Shown here piece after piece: positions 50,130-55,312 of a stretch of 55,312 nt of DNA. Position 1 is the stretch's first letter; every line of letters begins with the position of its first letter. The position numbers were made by a program, and so were the translations under genes. This DNA comes from Chloroflexota bacterium (GTDB taxonomy: Bacteria > Chloroflexota > Dehalococcoidia > Lucifugimonadales > UBA3495): NCBI GenBank assembly GCA_027623675.1, contig JAQBVF010000023.1:1-55312 (forward strand), read 5' to 3'. The notes beneath the pieces were generated by a model, which did not search any database, was not told where the DNA came from, and worked only from the letters and a program-made list of their open reading frames with translations.

Positions 50130-50459
50130 ATGTCTTACTTCATTGACGCTTCGAGCCGGAATCCCATGGCGTTGGTGCCTGGCGCCCGTACCCGCACATT
50201 CTGGGGGGAGAACATGCTCCTGTCCCTGGTCGAAGTGGATGCTGGTTCCGTGGTGCCGTTGCACACCCACCACCACGAGCAGGGAGGCGTCATCCTAGAG
50301 GGGGAACTGGAGATGGGAATCGGCGGCGAGGTAAAACTCTTGAAACCGGGCGATATGTATATCATCCCCGGAGACGTGGAACACTACGCCAAGGCCCATG
50401 CGGTGAAGGCGGTCGCATTGGACATCTTCAGTCCCGTTCGGGAAGAGTTCCAATACTGA
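50130..50459 (+). CDS. Cupin domain protein
   Basis: VPLHTHHHEQGG, IPGDVEH, DIFSPVREEF. Confidence 0.88.
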   Translation: MSYFIDASSRNPMALVPGARTRTFWGENMLLSLVEVDAGSVVPLHTHHHEQGGVILEGELEMGIGGEVKLLKPGDMYIIPGDVEHYAKAHAVKAVALDIFSPVREEFQY

Positions 50460-50480
50460 CGAGGCCGCGCTCCGGGCCAA

Positions 50481-50510
50481 AGCGCCCCGGACATTAAAAC
50501 CCGGGGCGTT
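50481..50510. terminator. Hairpin between convergent cupin and msrA genes
   Basis: AGCGCCCCGG-10 nt-CCGGGGCGTT, weak U tract. Confidence 0.45.
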
Positions 50511-50554
50511 CCGTGGCCGCGGACTAGCTATTTACGCCGTTCGGTTATTAGCGG

Positions 50555-51091
50555 TCAGCGCAGGCTCTTGGCAAACTTCTGGCGCACCTTGGCCACCTTG
50601 GGACTGATGACCACCTGACAGTACATGCTGCCGGGGTTATTCGCGTAGAACTGCTTGTGCTCCGCTTCGGCCGGGAAGAACTTCTCGAACGGGGCGATCT
50701 GGGTCACCACCGGCGCCGGAAAGTCGCCGGATGCGTCCAGTTCTTTGATGTAGGCCGCCGTCTGGTCCTTCTGCGCCTCGCTGGTGTAGAGCACCACCGA
50801 CCGGTAACGGGTGCCCTTGTCGGCGCCCTGGTAATTAAGGGTCGTGGGGTCATGGGTGGCGAAGAAAACTTCCAGCATCTCCGGGAACGTGATCTCTTCG
50901 GGATCGAACTCCAGTTGCACCACCTCGGCGTGCCCCGTCGTCTCCTCGCACACCTGGTAGTAATTGGGATTCTCCACGTGGCCGCCGGAGTAGCCGGAAA
51001 CCACCGACGTCACACCTTTTATCTGGGTAAAAACGGCCTCGGTGCACCAGAAGCACCCACCGCCGAATACCGCAATCTCGTTCTCTGCCAT
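50555..51091 (-). CDS. msrA: Peptide-methionine (S)-S-oxide reductase
   Basis: FGGGCFWC.E, SGYSGG, TGHAEV, HDPT, YRS, AE.EH. Confidence 0.96.
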   Translation of the reverse strand: MAENEIAVFGGGCFWCTEAVFTQIKGVTSVVSGYSGGHVENPNYYQVCEETTGHAEVVQLEFDPEEITFPEMLEVFFATHDPTTLNYQGADKGTRYRSVVLYTSEAQKDQTAAYIKELDASGDFPAPVVTQIAPFEKFFPAEAEHKQFYANNPGSMYCQVVISPKVAKVRQKFAKSLR

Positions 51092-51172
51092 GTAATCTCT
51101 CACCATCCGTAGACGTTTTAGTGCCTTTATATTAGCAAAGCCGCCATTCAGGGGCAGCGAACGGCGGTGGCC

Positions 51173-52042
51173 CTACCCGACAATGTCGGCCAGGCGGTCC
51201 AGTTGGTCCATATCGCCGGCGCTGGGCAGGAAAACCAGTTCATCCATTCCGATACCCTCCAGGTCATGTATCAGGCCGGTGACCGCCTCGGTGGACGCCA
51301 CAGCGTTTGCGGCCATCAGCTGGGCCACCGGACCCAGGAACGAGTAATAGTGGCGGATGTAGCCGCCCACCACGTCAGCCGCGTTCGGGCCCAGGGCGTA
51401 GGAACAGACGGCGGCCAAGCGGGGCTTGCCCGGTTTCCCCTCTGATTCCCAGGCGGCCAGCGCGATCTGGTAGGCCGCTGCAACAGCTTCCGGGTTGGTG
51501 CCGGCTGCCAGGAAGCCATCGGCCAGTCTACCGGCGCGGGCAATAGCCTGCGGCGTGCCTCCGCCGATCAGTATCTCCGGACCTCCCTGCTGCACCGGCG
51601 GCGGCCCGATGGGCCCAACACCGTTGGCGGCATCCACATCGTCGCCGTTCCAGATCCGCCGCATGGTGACGATCTGCTCTTCCAAGCGCCGGCCCCGGTT
51701 ATTGTACTGGGCGGGCGCCGCCTTGTAGTCGTCGGGACGGCGGCCCACGCCAAAACCCAGTGTAAGACGTCCGTTGGACATGGCGTCCAGGCTGGCGGCC
51801 TGCTTGGCTAGCACGCCCACGTTGCGGAGGGGCGCCAGCATCACGCCGGTCATCAGCCGGACCCGGGTGGTGACCGCCGCTGCCGAGGCCAGCATGATCA
51901 ATGGCTCGTAGTTCTGGTAGACCAGCCGGTCGATGGTGCCCAGGGTGGAGAACGGCCCGGCGTCGGCGCGCTGGGCCCATTCCAAGATAAAGTCGCCCTT
52001 GACGCCCGGAACGTTCCCCGGCAGCCCGATACCGATCTTCAT
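51173..52042 (-). CDS. LLM-class (luciferase-like, possibly F420-dependent) oxidoreductase
   Basis: TIDRLVY, AAVTTRVRL, AKQAASLD.MSNGRL.LG.GVG, P.QQGGPEILIGG. Confidence 0.9.
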   Translation of the reverse strand: MKIGIGLPGNVPGVKGDFILEWAQRADAGPFSTLGTIDRLVYQNYEPLIMLASAAAVTTRVRLMTGVMLAPLRNVGVLAKQAASLDAMSNGRLTLGFGVGRRPDDYKAAPAQYNNRGRRLEEQIVTMRRIWNGDDVDAANGVGPIGPPPVQQGGPEILIGGGTPQAIARAGRLADGFLAAGTNPEAVAAAYQIALAAWESEGKPGKPRLAAVCSYALGPNAADVVGGYIRHYYSFLGPVAQLMAANAVASTEAVTGLIHDLEGIGMDELVFLPSAGDMDQLDRLADIVG

Positions 52043-52063
52043 GTTAGTCCCCGCCCGCCAGGT

Positions 52064-53203
52064 TTAGACGAATGCCAGTTGCTCGTAGCTGCCGCCGATG
52101 ACCGGCTTGGCGTCCAGCCCCAGCCATTTCTCGACGATGGTGGAGTAGACGCTGCGGAAGTCCACATTGAAGTGCAGGTCGCCGTCCAGTTGGTCTTCCC
52201 CTCTAAGCGACGGGTACTCGCCGTACATGCCTCCGGCGACGGGGTCGCCAATAATGTAGCAGCCGCCGCCGGAACCGTGGTCGGACCCGGAACCGTTGTC
52301 CTTGACCCGGCGTCCAAACTCGGTGAAGACCATCATCATTACGTTGCCGGCAGCGTCGTGCTCTTTCAGGTCAGCAAAGAAGTCGCCAATACCGTCCGAA
52401 AGTTCACCGAGCAGCGGGTTCTGCACCGGCGCCTGGTTGGCGTGGGTGTCGTAGCCGCCCTGGGAGGTGTAAAACACCCGCGTGCCCAGGTCTTTCAGCA
52501 GCACCTGGGCGATCCCCTTCAGACTCTGGGAGATCGACGTGGCGGCGTATTCCACGGTTGAGGAGTAGGTCTCGGTTGCGGTGCGAAGGATGTCAGCCCC
52601 TTTCAGGGCGTCCAGCCCGGTGCGGCCCAGGTAGTCCATCGCCGCGCCGGTCCCGATGGCGGGGGAGTACATCCTGGCGAAGACGTCCAACGCCCTGGCG
52701 CGTTGCTCCCGGTCGGGGATGCCGGTCAAGACACCGTAGTTCTCCAGCGCGGCCACCGACGCCACGGGGACCCCGGTTAAGGCCAAGGCCCTGGGCAGGC
52801 CGCGGCCAAAGTTCACGCCGGTCAGCACGTTCTCGCCGTGGGGGTCGATGTCCCGGATCACCCGGCCCAGCCAGCCTTCCGTGGCGATCTTCTCGGGCTC
52901 GCAGGTGTGCCAGATGTCCATGGCCCGGAAGTGGGAACGGTTGGGGTTGGGGTAGCCCACGCCATTCACGATCGCCACCTGTCCCTGATCGTACAGGTCT
53001 TTGACCGCGCCCAAGACAGGGTTGAACCCGAACCGGCCGTCGATGGGAAGAACGTCATCGGCGGGGATGCCGACCACCGGACGGTTGTCGTAATACAGGG
53101 GGTCGCCATGGGGGACAACCATGTTCAGGTAGTCGCTGCCGCCGGTCAGTTGCACCACCACCAGAATGGGGTCTTTCACTCGCTCATTCTTGGTGGATGT
53201 CAT
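52064..53203 (-). CDS. DUF1501 domain protein
   Basis: VVQL.GG.D.LN, GYPNPNRSHF..MDIW, GWLGR, GGYDTH, TEFGRR..DNGSGSDHG, VDFRSVY. Confidence 0.9.
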   Translation of the reverse strand: MTSTKNERVKDPILVVVQLTGGSDYLNMVVPHGDPLYYDNRPVVGIPADDVLPIDGRFGFNPVLGAVKDLYDQGQVAIVNGVGYPNPNRSHFRAMDIWHTCEPEKIATEGWLGRVIRDIDPHGENVLTGVNFGRGLPRALALTGVPVASVAALENYGVLTGIPDREQRARALDVFARMYSPAIGTGAAMDYLGRTGLDALKGADILRTATETYSSTVEYAATSISQSLKGIAQVLLKDLGTRVFYTSQGGYDTHANQAPVQNPLLGELSDGIGDFFADLKEHDAAGNVMMMVFTEFGRRVKDNGSGSDHGSGGGCYIIGDPVAGGMYGEYPSLRGEDQLDGDLHFNVDFRSVYSTIVEKWLGLDAKPVIGGSYEQLAFV

Positions 53204-53384
53204 GGGCCAACCCCCTTGGGCGGATGGAGTTTCATCTAAGGTAAAATATCCGCACGCCGAGTAAGGGTTCACTCTAGCAGCGCCGTAAATGAGCGTCAAC
53301 GGGCCTGGATACGGCGCTGCTTTGGCGGGGCCAGGCGCCACCTCCAAACGAGGACCACGGGGAGCCTGGCGGGCGACGCTCGAC

Positions 53385-53414
53385 TTGACAGTGGTTCGGC
53401 GGGGGCCTTACGAT
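53385..53414 (+). promoter_or_regulatory. Sigma70-type promoter of the tRNA cluster
   Basis: TTGACA-18 nt-TACGAT. Confidence 0.6.
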
Positions 53415-53491
53415 TCTGAGTGGACACCCACACTCGTGTGGGAACGGATGCACCCTGGAGAGTGCCCAAACGGGCGGCCTCTTGGGCTAAA

Positions 53492-53567
53492 GGGGATATA
53501 GCTCAGTTGGGAGAGCGCGGCGTTCGCAATGCCGAGGCCGAGGGTTCGAGTCCCTCTATCTCCACCA
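53492..53567 (+). tRNA. tRNA-Ala(CGC)
   Basis: Cloverleaf GGGGATA...TATCTCC-ACCA with G3:U70, anticodon loop TT-CGC-AA and GTTCGA T-loop. Confidence 0.96.
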
Positions 53568-53571
53568 AAAT

Positions 53572-53647
53572 GCCCCTGTAGCTCAGAGGATAGAGCGGCG
53601 GCGTCCTAAGTCGCGCGTCGGGGGTTCGAATCCCTCCAGGGGCACCA
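53572..53647 (+). tRNA. tRNA-Arg(CCT)
   Basis: Acceptor GCCCCTG/CAGGGGC-ACCA, A20 in the D-loop (GGATA), anticodon loop GT-CCT-AA. Confidence 0.94.
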
Positions 53648-53772
53648 TAACAATCACGGTCGGCGCCCGATAGCGAAGGCGCTGCCCACCAAGGGTCCGC
53701 CGCCGATCAATGTCGGCGTCACCCATCAAAAGGCCCGGCGTCACCCGCCACCGGCGGGACGCCACACATCGC

Positions 53773-53850
53773 AGGAGCGTAGCTCAGTCTGGCCAGAGCG
53801 CTGGTCTCCAAAACCAGTGGCCGGGGGTTCGAATCCTCCCGCTCCTGCCA
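53773..53850 (+). tRNA. tRNA-Trp(CCA)
   Basis: Acceptor AGGAGCG/CGCTCCT-GCCA, anticodon arm CTGGT-CT-CCA-AA-ACCAG. Confidence 0.96.
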
Positions 53851-53866
53851 ATTTTAGGCACGAAAT

Positions 53867-53901
53867 GACCCCGGTAGATGTTCTACCGGGGTCTCTTTTT
53901 T
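53867..53901 (+). terminator. Intrinsic terminator after tRNA-Trp
   Basis: Perfect 12-bp stem GACCCCGGTAGA/TCTACCGGGGTC followed by TCTTTTTT. Confidence 0.88.
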
Positions 53902-53921
53902 GGGTTTTGGTCACGGAATGG

Positions 53922-55096
53922 TCACGGAGCTATTTCGACCTCTTCTTGCACAGGCGTGAACAGCCCCAATTCAAACTTGATAGCCGCCTCCCTCTGTGTC
54001 TCGGTGAACAGGTGCCCATAAATATCCATCGTGGTGCTGATGGTCGAGTGGCCTACCCTGTCGGCTATGGCTTTGGGGTAAACCCCCTGGCGAATCAGTT
54101 GAGAGATATGGGTGTGCCTCAAGCCGTGCAAGCGGACATTGAGGCCAGCCTTCCTGGCTATCCTCGCGAAGGCATGGGTCAGGGTGTTGGGGAGCATAGG
54201 ATGGCCGGTGGCGGGGTCGGAGAACACCAGGGCGTCATCCATCAAGGGCGACTCCAGCATGGCCCGGGTTGCCTCTGCCTTCTCCCGGTGGGCTTTCAAG
54301 GACAGGACTGCCGCCGGTCCCAGAGTTACGGTGCGGTGGGAGCGGTCTTTGGCTTCTGGAATATCACGCTTCCGCCGTGCAAGACATGGAGAACCTGGTT
54401 AACGGCCAGGGCACTGCCGTCCAGGTCCAGGTCGCGCCACCGCAATCCCAAGATTTCAGACCTTCTCATGCCTGTAAATACCGCAAGGTGAATAGCCGGG
54501 TAGTACACGGTGCCCTGGGCTGCTTCCAGTAGGCGGGTGATCCCGGCTCCGTCCAGCACCTGCATCTCCTTGCCCTCGGTCCGGGGCGGGTCAACGGCTA
54601 GAGCTACATTCCGGCCTGCCAGCCCCCAGCGGACGGCATGGCCCAGAGCTTCCGAAAGTACCCGGTGATGATGCTTCACGGTACGGGCTGAAAGGCCGCC
54701 TTTACCATCGGAGCGGCCTTCATTAAGGGCCTTTGAGTAGTAGGCTTGAAGGTGAGCGGGCTGTAGCTGGCTGAGGGGTATATTGCCCAGGTTTGGGATA
54801 AGGTGCTTCTCAATGATGATCTGGTAGCCTTCCTTCGTGGTGGCCCGGACTCCAGTCTCAACATAGTCTTTTAGCCACTGGCGCAGGAAGTCCCCAACAG
54901 TTAGTTTGGCGGGGTTGACGAATGAGCCGGTATCCACCTCGTGCAATATTTGGGACAACCGCTTCTCCGCTTCCCTCTTGGCGCCTTTGAATGTAGTGCG
55001 CTTCTGTCGGCGCTTACCAGTCTGAGGGTCAGGGAGTAGTTCTACCCTGATGCTCCACGTCCCCGGGGACCTCTGCTCTACACTTCCTCTAGCCAT
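53922..55096 (-). pseudogene. Tyrosine recombinase/integrase, frameshifted near 54345
   Basis: N-terminal arm-binding region, TGMRRSEILGLRW and PKT in frame A. RSHRTVTL, LHGLRH, VGHS and TMDIYGH in frame B. Confidence 0.88.
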
Positions 55097-55310
55097 TGTC
55101 TGCCTCCTTCCTCGCTGGTTCTATCTCCCTATCCACGGAATCCACGGAATCATCGCTGCTGGTGTCAGCCCAGAACTTCAAGACAAGGTTAAGCATCGCA
55201 CCTTTTAGCTCGTCGTCCTCACCATACGGGACTTTGCTTAAGCCCGGCCTGGTTGTAAGCTGGCCGTCTTCCCCCTTAACGAATTGGAACTCCGGCGGTG
55301 CAAGCCTCCT
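55089..55310 (-). CDS. Hypothetical protein, C-terminal fragment, overlapping the integrase start
   Basis: Open frame ...RRLAPPEFQFVKGEDGQLTTRPG...DSVDSVDREIEPARKEADNG*. Its TAG lies within the first integrase codons (AATGGCTAG). Confidence 0.6.
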   Translation of the reverse strand, partial: RRLAPPEFQFVKGEDGQLTTRPGLSKVPYGEDDELKGAMLNLVLKFWADTSSDDSVDSVDREIEPARKEADNG

Positions 55311-55312
55311 CT

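Larger units (their letters stand above)
53830..55312. mobile_element. Edge of an integrative element (prophage/ICE/island) at the tRNA-Trp 3' end; continues beyond the window
   Basis: Integrase convergent on the tRNA 3' end. The sequence looks less GC-rich than the flanking genes. The second att site is not in the window. Confidence 0.75.

Noticed and set aside
50555..51091. Selenocysteine in msrA or other Cys-rich genes (glcF, phosphatase)
   Set aside because: All have ordinary Cys codons and uninterrupted frames.
55131..55151. ATCCACGGA x2 as a second set of integrase arm sites
   Set aside because: It shares CACGGA with the 53908 repeats but is an in-frame 9-bp duplication inside an ORF, far from the att core, so probably coincidental.

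Overview
A GC-rich bacterial chromosomal segment of mostly housekeeping and metabolic genes. The gene content (luciferase-like, SDR, enoyl-CoA hydratase, VOC, TPP and F420-type paralogs plus a Trp T-box) suggests Chloroflexota, possibly Dehalococcoidia/SAR202-like; this is an inference. Contents: aroB, tgt, a thrC-NIL-MoaD/CysO-like cluster, nhaA, a T-box-controlled trpE-VOC-trpG-trpD-DUF2283-trpC-trpF-trpB operon lacking trpA, glcDEF, leuB, metF-acpS-nnr, radC, msrA, three tRNAs (Ala, Arg, Trp), and the edge of an integrative element with a frameshifted tyrosine integrase next to tRNA-Trp. The top finding is a CPA1-family cation/proton antiporter fused to a rhodanese domain whose active-site loop is interrupted by an in-frame TGA (Y-C-N-U-P) followed by a SECIS-like hairpin. 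It is a probable selenoprotein that the ORF track truncates. Other points of interest: a ubiquitin-like sulfur carrier with a masked GG-I terminus plus a distant JAMM peptidase, and repeated short duplications of gene 3' ends (aroB, thrC, trpE, possibly glcE). All product calls come from motif recognition by eye; no database search was run.
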